Below are positions 1 through 12,766 of a stretch of 64,000 bases of DNA, in pieces. The DNA is taken from positions 4,546,008 to 4,610,007 of the forward strand of contig NW_002060943.1 in NCBI RefSeq assembly GCF_000150275.1. The letters run 5' to 3'. Position 1 is the stretch's first letter, and every line of letters begins with the position of its first letter. The notes under the pieces are model-generated. The model worked only from the letters and a program-made list of their open reading frames with translations, was not told where the DNA came from and searched no databases. Both the position numbers and the translations under genes were made by a program. Source of the DNA: Trichoplax adhaerens (Eukaryota; Animalia; Placozoa).

Positions 1-1589
1 ATTCAGGGCATCAGCTCAAAATGAAATTTGAGGACTAAAGATAATTTTATCATTCATCTAACAATTTTAAGCTATAAATTATATTTTTGCTATACATATG
101 CAGACACTGAGCTTATAGAACGACAATAAGTATAAAATAATCATGGATGGCTTATTCGATTTCTATATTATCATTGAAATTTTGGCTATTTGACTAAGAA
201 ATCTGCTATTTGCAGTATTGCATTCTCAAATATACAAATAGGATAATCAAAATCAATGAATATGGCCTGATTGTTTTTAAAATCATTAAAATTCGCAAAA
301 GGGTCAATTACGCTCTTAGTATTAAGCGGTATAGAGAGAATACTTTAACATTAAGTTGATATACAGTGATCCTAAAATTTATATGTGGGTTAAATGTCCA
401 TCCCTTACATTTACTATTCATCACTCCAACGGTATAACTGTCGTAGCGATATGGAAAAAGGAAAAGATGATAGAATCCGCGAACCAGCTGATTGTGTGTA
501 ATGATTTCCGCTAATTACAGCAGTTGTCAGTTATGAATTCGGGAAATACGTTGATAGAATGTAGTATAGAACCATATGTCTTAGTGGAGTAAGTGTTGAT
601 TACAATTATGGCTAGTATGACGAAACGGCTGATACATACTACCCAGGTATGTGTTATATTATCAACTCAAATTTTGAGTTGTGGATTGCGAATCTATGGA
701 TAAGAACACATACCCACTCTACATTGTGATTTGAGTTAATTACTGTAATAATGTGTGTCGAAAGCTTTACAGTAATTTGAAGTACGTACTTTATGGCGTG
801 ACTTAGTCTGTTAAGGTTAATAAAGTCCTTACAGATGATGGTTAGTATGGAGAAACAGTGTACTATTTTATCGCGAAGTGACTTTTTCTACAAAATACTT
901 ATCTCATTTACGTTTGATGATATACCGTTATCTATGACATTTTACATATTTTTAATAGATAACTGTCTAGTTTTTTAATGTTATACTGATAACTAATGGT
1001 TACGTAAATTAACTATAAATTGACTGGTTTTGACAATAATATCTGGGTTCAGCTATGTCTGAGATATACTAGAGGTGTTTAGTTTCTCCTAACGATAGAA
1101 GATCGCCAGTATTTAGATTCGTACAGGTCAATATCAGGAAGGACAAACCTGATAGTAGACTTATAGTTGCAGTTTTCTGAAATAGTTTAACTTTTCCACG
1201 TTACAAATTTCGATTTGTAACATATTTTATATCAATTGCTATTTCTTCAATTTTAAAAACTTCAAAAATTACGAGTACGCGGATTGTAAACGTAAGCTTA
1301 GTAGCATCATGATCGTACATAAACTACTAAATACATTGCGACTGCAAACTGATTAAGCATTAGTATATTATGAATCCTTGCGAATTTGTCCTTGTAATGA
1401 TATCAGCAATGGCAATACTCGCAGTACAGTAGTGTTATACGAGGGAATAGTGGGATAGTATACAGTATAAAATTGTGTGTCCTAATAAAGTAAGTGTTGA
1501 TTATGGCTAGTATGATGAAATAGCTCCCTTGTACTGTGCTATGTACTATATGCTCTATAACAAAGAACGCATCCTTTAAGTTGCTGTCA

Positions 1590-2100
1590 TGGATTCCTAT
1601 TCGTTTTGTGATCGATCGATCACTTAATTATAAACTATCCAATTACGTTGTACGCAAACCGTAACGTAAGCTCGAGCTACTCCCAGATTAGAAGACAGTC
1701 ATGTATGTAAAATGTAGGTTTAAAAAATACCCAGCTACTGTTAGTCACTGTCTTGGATTCCTATTCTCCTCACTTACTCCTCTCGTTTTGTGATCGATCG
1801 ATCGGTTAATTATAAACTATCCAATTACATTGTACGCAAACCGTAATGTAAGCTCGTGCTACTCCCAGATTAGAAGACAGTCATGTATGTAAAATGTAGG
1901 TTTAAAAAAATACCCAGCTACTGTTAGTCACTGTCTTGGATTCCTATTCTCCTCACTTACCCCTCTCGTTTTGTGATCGATCGATCACTTAATTATAAAC
2001 TATCCAATTACGTTGTACGCAAACTGTAATGTAAGCTCGTGCTACTCGCTGATTAGTAGACAGTCATGTAAAATAGAGGTTTGAAAAATAACCATACTAT
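1590..2100. repeat. Tandem repeat, ~182-bp unit, ~3 near-identical copies
   Basis: TCGTTTTGTGATCGATCGATC...TAATTATAAACTATCCAATTAC...GTACGCAAAC recurs at 1601, 1783 and 1966. Confidence 0.95.
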
Positions 2101-2919
2101 AAGTATACATACAGCGAGTACAAAAGTTTGGAATCCTATCTAGTTGTTATGGTATGAAATAACCTGGTTAATTCATGCCATCACCGGTCAAGTGGTCACC
2201 CTAGAGCTCTTTTGCTCTACTTTCTTTGTGAACTCTGTTCTCGTCTCATCGTCTGTCAGTCCCATTGTATTGCTGAGCAAGATGACTGTGCACTATGCAC
2301 TGTGTGCAATGTGGTGTGTGAAGAAGGTATGATGACTATGATCCACTATCGATTGCAATGAAGCTGTAATGTTCCACAGTACAGTATACTGTAGTATAGC
2401 GTACAATTATCCCTCTTGTATCAGACGGACGATTGACGACCAGTGGCAAGTATGATGACATCCATGTACATCGTACTGTACGCACTGTCGTGACCGTACT
2501 GTACGCATGACAGCCATGTTTCATCGTTCCAAGTAGAGTCAGCGGAGGAAGAATCAGTCGCCTCCATTGAAGATTGAATCCAAGTGTGGTTTCCACTTAA
2601 CAAATTACTGAAAATCTTCTTTTCTCCACTGGGTAAGTCGGTAATAAATTGGATTTGAAGAGTAAGCAGCCTTATTATTCGAATGGCTGTTGTGGATAAA
2701 TGGACGATGTTATATGTGTCAGCAACGCAATCGTTGATAATTGTGTTGTTATGGCTAGAAAAGTGCAACTGCATCGAGAGGCCAAACAGGGCACGATAGG
2801 ATGGTCTAGAGTTTTAAGAGATATGATGCAACATAATATGGATGTGATACTGTCATCAGTGTTAGCCACAAATGGAATGATGGAGTTGATTGATTTTCAC
2901 TGGATTAGCTTACATTGAT

Positions 2920-4420
2920 TCTAAGTAAAAGTGGATTCTTCGTTTCTCTTTCATGGAGAAATGGCAGCGATGCTAGCTCATGTGGAATGTCACCTATTCG
3001 ACAGTGTGTCACTGTCGTTTACGCTGAGACAGTCAGTCATTCGAGGTATCATCCGTTTGTGTTGAAGGGTTAATCCCACCTGATCCTCTTGCTTTCCCTA
3101 ATGACTGAAAATTCTTCTTAATTGAGATCAGAAGTCGTTCAAATGATTGATATATTACAGGAGTAAGTGATATTATCCTGCCATGTCATGCACAATGAAT
3201 TAATTATAGTTATACGATCAGCAGAAATGTTGAGCCTATCCACAAGCAGGTCGTGTGGGCTGTGTGCAAAGGTTCATTAATAATGTGATACTGTCAATAA
3301 ATGGCGAAGCAAATTTTGAAACATGTAGTAAATTTATTTTCAGTGTCATAGCTTCCATTTGGGGGGGGGGGAGACTCCAGAGGAAAGTATTCTTCCTTTC
3401 TCTTTCAAAGAATAATTACAACTGAAGGCTGTGGCAAAGGTTCGTTAATAATGTGATACTGTCAATAAATGGCGAAGCAAAATTTGAATGGTGTAGTAAA
3501 TTTATTTTCAGTCTCATAGCTTCCAATTTTGGCGGGGGGGATTCCAAAGGAAAGCATTCTTCCTTTCTCTTCCAAAGAATAATTACAACGTAATACACGC
3601 GTTGTTATTGAATGTAGCGTCTATTATAATGTACACAAATTGTAGACAACTTGAAAAATAATGAAGTGAGTGTGTTTGCAGTCTATTAAGCTTTTAGATT
3701 TTGAAAGTATTCTTCGTTTCTCTTTCAAAGAGAAATTACAAAGTAATACAAATTGATGTTGAATGTAACGTATCGACGCGTACATCGAAAGATAAATTGT
3801 TAGATATCTTCAAATGGTATAGGGAATTTTGCTGTATATTAGCTTAGATTTTTTTTACCTATTGAAAGTATTCTTTGTTTCTCTTTCAAAAGAGTAATTA
3901 TAAGTAATACAAGTTGATGTTGAATGTAACGTATAATATACCGTATAGTAGCTTTGATTTTCCCCAAATGAAACTATCCTTCGTTTCTCTTCGAAGAATA
4001 ATTACAAAATACTATTAGATACTCTTGTTGAATATAACGTATACTATACAGTATAGAAGTGGTAGACAACTTCAATTGATGTTGTGAATTTATTGACACT
4101 GTGTGAGCCTAAATATTGAATGTATTCTTGGTTTCTCTTTCAAAGAGAAATTACAAAGTAAGTAATACTAGTTGCTGTGATTGTAACATATATTATACTG
4201 TTTATAAGTTGTAGACAACTTCAATTGATGTAGTAAATGTCTTTGCAATGCATTAGCTCAAACTTTGAAAGTATTCTGGATTTCTCTTTCAAAAAGAAAT
4301 TACAAAGTAACACGAGTTGATGTCGAATGTAATGTATATTAGAGATATAAATTGTTAGACATCTTCAAATGATGTAGTGAATTTATTTTCAGTGGATTAG
4401 CTTAAATTTTTACCTAATAA
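2920..4420. repeat. Degenerate satellite-like array, ~150-bp period, with a conserved core
   Basis: Core GAAAGTATTCTTNNTTTCTCTTTCAAAGA..AATTACA at ~2927, 3383, 3550, 3703, 3864, 3970, 4118 and 4267. The intervening sequences are also homologous (TTGAATGTAACGTAT, TAGACAACTTCAA). Confidence 0.85.
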
Positions 4421-5021
4421 AACTAGCGTATATTACATCTGTGCACTAAATTAGTCATTTGATATTACGTTCGTTTTTATTGGAGGTTGAATACCGGTTG
4501 ATCCCTTTTATTTCCCTAATTACTGAAATGCTTTCTTAAATCGAGACCATAAGTCGTTAATGATAAATCGTATTTGAGGAGTAACCAATAACATCTAACC
4601 CGACCATTGGCAATCAATCAATTATAAGCAAAATATTGGAACTCATTAACTTGTGAGATCAAGGTGTGGGCAGTACACCACTCTATGCTGTACTTATAAA
4701 GTGACATGGTATACCTCATTGTGGATGGAACACTGGAATAAAATAAATAAATAGCAGGGCAACGCAAATGGTATCGTTTGTTCATTTACAGTACAGTGTT
4801 TTAGCTTTGATTCTTCCCAAATGAAAAAGCATTCTTCATTTATGTACGTATGTGTGTACGTTAATTTTCCATCAAGGAGAAGATAAATGAATCGAAATAA
4901 TATCTCTATGAGATTCGATGAGATAGGATGCAGGATTCCTTTTAAAATTCGTGACGCTGAATGATATGTATCTAACATAGTTGTTATTCTTAATTATTTT
5001 TTAGTTCAACATTGATGCAAT

Positions 5022-8000
5022 ATGAATCAAGAAGCGCAATTGAAATTATATAATAGTATGACCCGAAGAAAGGTATAATATAAGCTATCATGGCGTATGA
5101 ATTACTGTAGAGGTTGATCGTAATTTGGATATCGTGCGTTGATAAATTAAAGCGACAGGATGTAATTTTATTTCATTACAGTTAATAGACTGATTGAATA
5201 CTATAGTACTCTACGGCCATTTACCGTCAATATCCATTTCAATAGCCTGTAGTTGAAATAATTCAGTGTGTTAAGTTTATGAAGCGATTACTACAATACT
5301 TTACGGTCACTTATAGTAATTATCTATTTTAATAGTCTATAGTTGAAATAGTTCAATATGTTAAAATTAATAAAATAACTACCACTGTACTTTACGGTCG
5401 CTTACAATAATTGTCAGTCTATGATTAAATTAATTGAATATGCTAAAATTCGCGAAACAATTATGATAGAACTTTACCAAAGCTTCAGTAATTATTCACA
5501 TCAATAGTTGATAGTAGAAATTATACAATTTGGTAAATTTTATTAAATGATAGTTGATAGGTAATCAACGTTATTCTTGAAGTTTCAAACTTGATTAAAT
5601 TTTACTAATGACCGCCTTAACTACCCTCTTTTTCTAGGATACATTTGTACCTAGCAATGAATCTTGCCTATCATGGTACAATTGCGGACCTACTGTCTAT
5701 GATGCATCTCACATGGGTCATGCAAGGTTGTTATGCAAATGTGCTAGTAATAGAGTTGTATTGTTTACGGGTGCCTAATCGTTTATTACTCTTGGCCTAT
5801 GTAGACATAAACATATTTGAATAATTACTTGATTATTATGATGATTACTACTGCTGGTTGTAGTCTACAGCAAAAGCGAAGACCACTATATATTTTCTTG
5901 TTTCTTTATTTGTATCTTGTCTATAATTATTACTTGTGTATTAATATATGCTACTTTTGCTTTTCAAAAAATTTCTCATTTATAGATCCTATGTCAGCTT
6001 TGACATTATTAGACGCGTATTAACTTCGTATTTCAACTATAACATATCTTATGCTATGAACATAACCGATATTGACGATAAGGTAAAACTAGCAAGTAGA
6101 TAACCTTAGTATTGGTGATCATCTACGTTAATAATCATATCAGTTATGCTTAAAATACCCAATATTTGCTCTTATGGCTTGCATATGTGTTGATGCTACT
6201 TACCTTGATGTCTTCCTTTAGATCATCTTTCGGGCTCGTCGTAACTATTTAATTGATAACTATATCAGTAGCTCTCATCCAATTGATAGAATTATTGAAG
6301 ATGCAAACGAAGCAGTTAAGGTATTTGATCAGATGTATAGCCGTTTTAGCAAATATTTCGATTTTGTTAAGAGCTGTAATTTCTATCGCTGATTATATAT
6401 AATGGTAGTAACTATCATTATAGACATTCATAGTTAATTTTACTGAACTTAAAAATTTCTGAAACGGCGACGATTTAATATAATGTGTGTTGATGTTGCT
6501 GTATCCAGTGCACTTGACCGTATGCAATCTAAATATTAAAACTAAACATGATCAATTTCTTGCGAATAATATCGACTATATTTTTCCCGCTCATGTGCAT
6601 CTTTATAACAATAGTTACTGGAAGATAAGATCCATGTATCGAAATATCTCGATTTGTTAACAATTACGGAAAAACTTACGGTTTGTTAATAACCTCAATT
6701 TTATGCTAGCTTTATATGTTTGTAGCAGTGAATACATTTTAGAACTCAGATATTTTAATTTGTTTTTTTAGGCTCAGCAAAATAAGATTAATACTACTAA
6801 GGATGGTCATCAATTGAAAGAATTAGAGAAAATCGGAAAAAAGGTTTAATGCTTGCATCGATCCAGTGTTACTAGGCTATAGATGATTATAATCTATGTT
6901 AGTCATGCGTCGTACAATCAAATTTCTTATCGTATTCTATTTATTGCTAGCTTTTAGAGAATAAAGCTGAAATTTTGAAAGATCCACAGCAACTTGCCAT
7001 GGCAGAAGATAACGAAAAATTGGCTACTCTGGCTGAGAAGAAAATGAAAGTATGGCATTTCTGCTTTTTCATCACATTTCATCCCTTAATTTTTGTCATT
7101 GTATAATTTAGTTGAAGGAGAGTAACATTGCTCTAACTAATGATCCAAACAAGCTTGCAATGTTTGTGAAAAACAAGGTAAGATCTTTATGGCTTTATGA
7201 CACTGAAAACAGTCCTCATTGAAAGTTTTGGTAATGATGTAAACGTAATATTTTGCTTTACATACCTTAAAGAAATGGTTGCAATTTCTTTCCTTTTACC
7301 CTTAATACCTCTTTAGATTAAAGCGGATAACGCTATTCAATCACTTAGTAGCGCTGCCATCGGCCAAAGTGACGTAAAGTCTGGCAGTCGTCTACAGGTA
7401 AATAAATATTGTTTCTTTCTTGTTAAAATCTTTCTTAAAAATCATCGTCCTCATCTGTAAGAATCATAGTTTTTGGTACACACTCGCACGCATTATTTAT
7501 TAAATTATATTTTCGCTAGGAATTCTTTTCAGATATAAGGGATCCTTTATCAGAGCTATTAGATAAAAAGGTAAATCGTTACTTCTGCTCCGCCTTGGCA
7601 CTAATGGAATGTCTTTTTGTTACTACTGTATGTCGCACGTTTCTAACTATGCATTTACATGTTCAGTTTGGGACTTCAGTGAATGATCATGAAATATTTG
7701 CACGCTTGGCTAGACATTGGGAAAACGATTTTAACGACGATATGAAAGCTCTAAATGTAAATAAATGCTGCAGTAATTTCTTAACTAAATCCGATATTCT
7801 CTGTAATACCACTTTTTTACCATAATATTTTTTTAACTTTGTATTAAAAGAGTTATCATTCCATACCTAAAGGTTCTTCCTGCTGATGCTATAACGCGAG
7901 TAAGTGAGTATGTACCGGAAGTTATTGAATTTGTACAAGGAATTATCAAAAGAAATTATGGGTGAGTATCATGCGGGTATTTAACATTAGACATAGGAAG

Positions 8001-11000
8001 AGATGTCCATGTGTAAGTAGCTTTAGCGAATATTTTATTTTAATTGTTTGCATAGGTATGTATCGAATGGCTCTGTATACTTTGACACCGTAGCCTTCAA
8101 TAATAGCCCGGATCATCGTTATGGAAAGTTATTACCTGAGGCTATTGGAGATTTAAATGCTTTAGCTGAAGGAGAAGGTATATTTGCTTTCATTAAATTT
8201 GTCTTACAGATTAACTAACATTTCTGATTAATGTAGATAATAATAAGTCGAACAAGCTCGATAGTTTGATATGTGGTCTAAGCAATTTATCAAATTCGGA
8301 TGCACATTTAATAGGTGAACTAAGCATCGGGGATGATCGGTTACGCGAAAAAAGGAGTCCGAATGATTTTGCTTTGTGGAAATGCTCTAAGCCCGGTGAA
8401 CCTTTTTGGGACTCACCTTGGGGAAAGGTAGTCATTTTAGTAAAATAACTTAGAATCTTTCAATTTATGCCTACAAATTATTGAAAAACATTACTCAATA
8501 AATATTTTAAAGGGGAGACCTGGATGGCACATTGAATGCTCCGTTATGGCAAGCGCAATATTAGGCAAGTCTCTGGATATTCATTCTGGTGGCGTAGACC
8601 TAAAGTTTCCTCATCATGAAAATGAAATAGCTCAAGTCGAGGTAAGGGCGATTTTATGAATTGCTTAGTAAGTTGGATGGCTATTCTTACTTGTTATGAA
8701 TCAGATTATTAGCTATAGGGCATTATCACTTATCATGTTGCTGAACTACTGCTAGTATAGAGTTTGCACATTACAATACTATAAGTGTAAAGCGTTCATA
8801 TGCATGATTATTTCGTACATTTACTGTTTATTTGCAAATGTAAATGCCACGGTATTAACAGCGAACGAAGTATCTATTTGCTGACAAAATCCTTTTAAAC
8901 GCATATTGTGATGGTCATGAATAGGTTTAATATTTCTCTTTTAAACTATTCACATGCGTAGTTATTGATAAATATATCATTTGCTTGCAAATTTAAATGC
9001 TACTGTATTACAGCTAATGAGGTATCTATTTGCTGACAACACACTTTTTTAAAGGCTTATTATGATAGCGATGAATGGACCAAATATTTCCTTCATTCCG
9101 GACATCTAAAAATAGAAGGCTGTAAAATGTCAAAATCCTTGAAGAATTTTATTACCATTAAGGCATGAACGTAATCGTGTTGCACTAATAATTGTGATTG
9201 CTGTATAATTACGATTTATTGTAATTAATGCCGTTATTTTTGTAACTCTTAACTTCTGTGCTTAGGAAGCCCTAAGTAAATACTCAGCTCGTCAATTGCG
9301 ATTGGCATTCTTGTCTCATCCTTGGAATACTACCATGGATTACAGTGAAAATATGATGTCTTCTACTATGCAAACAGAAAAACTATTTCTGGTAAAAATG
9401 TTTCTAGTATTGTTTACATCTTATGTAGATTTAAGTCAATATTTCGACTGGTTGGCGGTTACATTTTAGGATTATTTCCTCTAGGAATTCTTTTTAAATG
9501 TTAAAGATATTGACCGCGTTTATTCAGCTCAAACCCTTAAAGAAGAGAAATGGAACTCTGCTGAATTAGAACTTGAAAAAGGGTATACAGTAGTTGTTAC
9601 TTCGAGAATGGTGTTTTTAAAGTTTTATTAAACAGCTATTATATTTCGAAACCCAAGTTTTTGATGTCTTAATAAAAGTAATGTTTTCTTTTGCTGTATA
9701 ATTGTAATTTAATAGATTGTGCCAAAAACAGAATAACATCCATCGATTTCTGTGTGGTAAGTAAACAATCGTAATAATTTTAAGTTACCATAAATTATGT
9801 TAAGTACAGTTTAATGGCTTCGGGATTTATCTCTATATTAATGTAGATATCTATGATTAAGATGCTGATAAATTAAAAAGTATTTATAATTTCTTTTGAG
9901 CAGATTCAATTAATACACCCGACGTTATGAAGGAATTGAAGGAGCTGATCAATCAATCTAATAGTTATATTGCCTCAAAACGTTCTCTAAAACAATCGCC
10001 TAACGCCCGTCTTTTGAAGAAAATTTCAAGATACATCGTAAAAATGTTACGCGTAAGCGGTGTACATATTTTAAAATACTGCAATTACTATCTAAATTAG
10101 AGTAATCATATGTACTGTATTTGCATTACTTTAAAAGATATTCGGTGTCACGGTGGATGAGATTGAAACGACAATCGGATTTCCTAGTTATACTGATAAT
10201 AAAGTATGCAATTTATTCTTAGTAATTTACGAATTTATTGGTGTGATGGCCATAGTAAGTGTAATAACTGAGTTCAAATTTTGTTAGAATATCAACAAAG
10301 AAAATACCATTATGCCATATTTGACTGTATTGGCTGAGTTCAGAGCAAAAGTTCGAGATAGTGCTCGCTTACAGAAAGGTATGTAATACTATACAATTCG
10401 ATGTACATTAAAGACTATTGGTCATGCAAATATCAATTCACCAAACATATTCTCACTTTATTCGTGGATGATATTATCATCTGTTATAGTTCCGGATCTT
10501 CTAAACCTCTGTGATGATATAAGAAATGACATTTTACCGGAATTGGGTGTGCGTTTAGAAGATTTAGAAGGTCTCTTTTTTTATTCATTTGACACCTGAA
10601 TTTGCTTTTTAAGTTTATAAGTTATCAAATGGATCTCATTGTATAGATGGTCCCGCAATCAAGTTGGTAGATAGGGCAATTCTTTTAAAAGAGAAAGAAA
10701 ATAGATTAATGGTTAATAAACGAACGTGAAATATTTGTGAATTTATCCTTGCAATTTCTCATACGTCTAATACGTATACAAGCAAACTTGTAATAAAAGA
10801 GGAAATCTTTATATAAATAATTTATAAATTAACTTATGTTAGGCAATTGAAGAAAAGAAACGTAAAAAAGAAGAAGCAAAGAGAAAACAAATGGAACTGA
10901 AGGTACAGCATCATATCATTTTAATATTCTAATATGCCGTTGTTGAATGCATTATATCTGACAGTATTCAAATTTAAAATTATAGGCACAGCAAGAATCT

Positions 11001-11345
11001 AAAATGAAAATTTCGCCTAAAGAAATGTTTTTAAATCAGTCGGATAAATATTCCCAGTTTGACGAAAAGGTATCAAAAATTTTATCTACGATCATAGGTG
11101 GCTTAATACATTACTGTAGTCGATAGTATCGTTGGGGCACGTTGCCTAAGCAAAGTAGACTAAAAATTTTACGGCGTTAGTTTTCGAGATGCCTGACGCT
11201 TTAGTATTTTTATTAGGGTATTCCAACTCATAATCACGAAGGAACTGAACTTAGTGGTAAACAGAAGAAGAAACTTCTCAAGCAGTATGAAGCACAAAAG
11301 AAATTATTTTTAGAATACCAAACTAAACAAGCTCCTTCAAATTAA
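5022..11345 (+). CDS. CARS1: Cytosolic cysteinyl-tRNA synthetase (about 26 coding exons)
   Basis: Spliced exons read [17 protein letters not shown] (5022-5072), [30 protein letters not shown] (5638-5726, HIGH-type motif), [12 protein letters not shown]...[46 protein letters not shown]...[43 protein letters not shown] (9055-9162, KMSKS) and final [14 protein letters not shown]...QAPSN* (11217-11345). Confidence 0.97.
5200..5550. repeat. Degenerate tandem repeat (~80-90 bp, ~4 copies) in the first coding intron of CARS
   Basis: The unit TACTTTACGGTCACTTA...AATAGTCTATAGTTGAAATA.TTCAATATGTTAAA recurs with increasing divergence. Confidence 0.7.
8830..8942 (+). pseudogene. Decayed duplicate of a CARS intron 3' end plus exon start (pseudo-exon)
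   Basis: 8831-8940 aligns with 8985-9094. The acceptor AAAG has become AAAC, and the TGG (Trp) codon of AYYDSDEW has become TAG. Confidence 0.7.
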
Positions 11346-12766
11346 AAACTACTAGTATAGAGCCAAACTTATTCGAAATCCTTGACAACATTAAGAGGGA
11401 TTTGCGCTACAGTTTTAAAATGACCTGTACATCAGTAATTGAGATGAGATATCTGATATTAGGATATGATTTTAATGACTCGTACCGCAATAGTTGAATC
11501 CGATTTCATATTTTCGTGAAATGACAACATCGTTACTGAATCGTATTATGTTACGTAATAAATTTTTAAGAGAATTACTAATCTACTGGTGATTTTGTAA
11601 TTTTTTCCTCATCATTAATTATTACCTATTCCCAATTACAATTTAGACGTTAGCTTTAGCTATCGCGCAGATAACTAGTAAAGCCAATATATTAAAATCA
11701 TGACATATACAAGGCAACTGCAATCGCTTTTACAATAAACGGTAAAAAATGATCGCTAACCTCACTTCATATACCATTAAATTTTCACCTTAATTGCAGG
11801 TGAATGTTTGCTTTGAAATACGATATTTTTACAAGCGGCAGCATAATGAGCTATGTTTCCGTTAATTGCAACGTAAATATACTGTACATTGTACAGAGTT
11901 TACGATTATGTAACAGTATTGAGCGTTGAATTCTGTCGTTAAGCATTAAGCAATGAGAATGTAAGTTAATTTTATCGCCCTTTTTGAAGTAGTTTTTCAA
12001 CGAATTTCTAACGTTATTTGAAGTGAGTAGTTTGTAAGCTTGTAACCGAGTCTGCGATTTATAAAGCAATGTATTCGATAAGCGTAACAAAAACAAGGAC
12101 ACAATTCAAAGAAAGAACCATTTTTAATAAAAATTTCAATCGCACATTAGTAGTAATCTGGTATACAAATAATGTAATTTCTAAGAATCTGATGTACTGT
12201 TATAAGAGATTAAAGCACAGAGTTTTATAGATAAACTTTATAGATATACGAGTATAATAGCAACATAGTGAATATACATATTATGTGACGATTGGATATA
12301 AGAACGTTTATGATATCATCATTAGTATTTCGCTATTAGGTATTTAGCCGTGACTACCTTAAAAAAATATTCAGTGTTGACAATTTCAAACGCGTATGAT
12401 ACCATACATTACGAGTAATAAAGGAGTTAAAATAAATACTTTTCGATGTAATACGAGTGTTGGTGATAAATGTTCAAGTGAGCAATTTCTGCACTTGCTG
12501 TCAATAGCAATCAACCATAGCCAGTTTTAAATGATAAGAGTATATTATGAGATTAGAATATGGACGTTAAAATATAACCTAATTACGTATGCTATACCAT
12601 CATGAATGAGACGTATGAACATCCAACCTTCATTAAAACTCAAAGCCGTATGAATGAAAATATCTCATCTTCATCAGATGCTATAGGTATACTTTCATAC
12701 GTAGTAAATGCATCTGAGATCAATATTAGCAGCTTGACGGATGAGCTATTTGCTTAGTTAAATAAT

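Noticed and set aside
2144-2918. Overlapping ORFs of 62-117 aa on both strands
   Set aside because: No recognisable domain; they overlap a GC-richer patch and degenerate repeat blocks.
3383-4310. CRISPR-like look of a regularly spaced ~35-bp core
   Set aside because: The spacers are over 100 bp and homologous to each other, the repeats are degenerate, there are no cas genes, and the context is eukaryotic.
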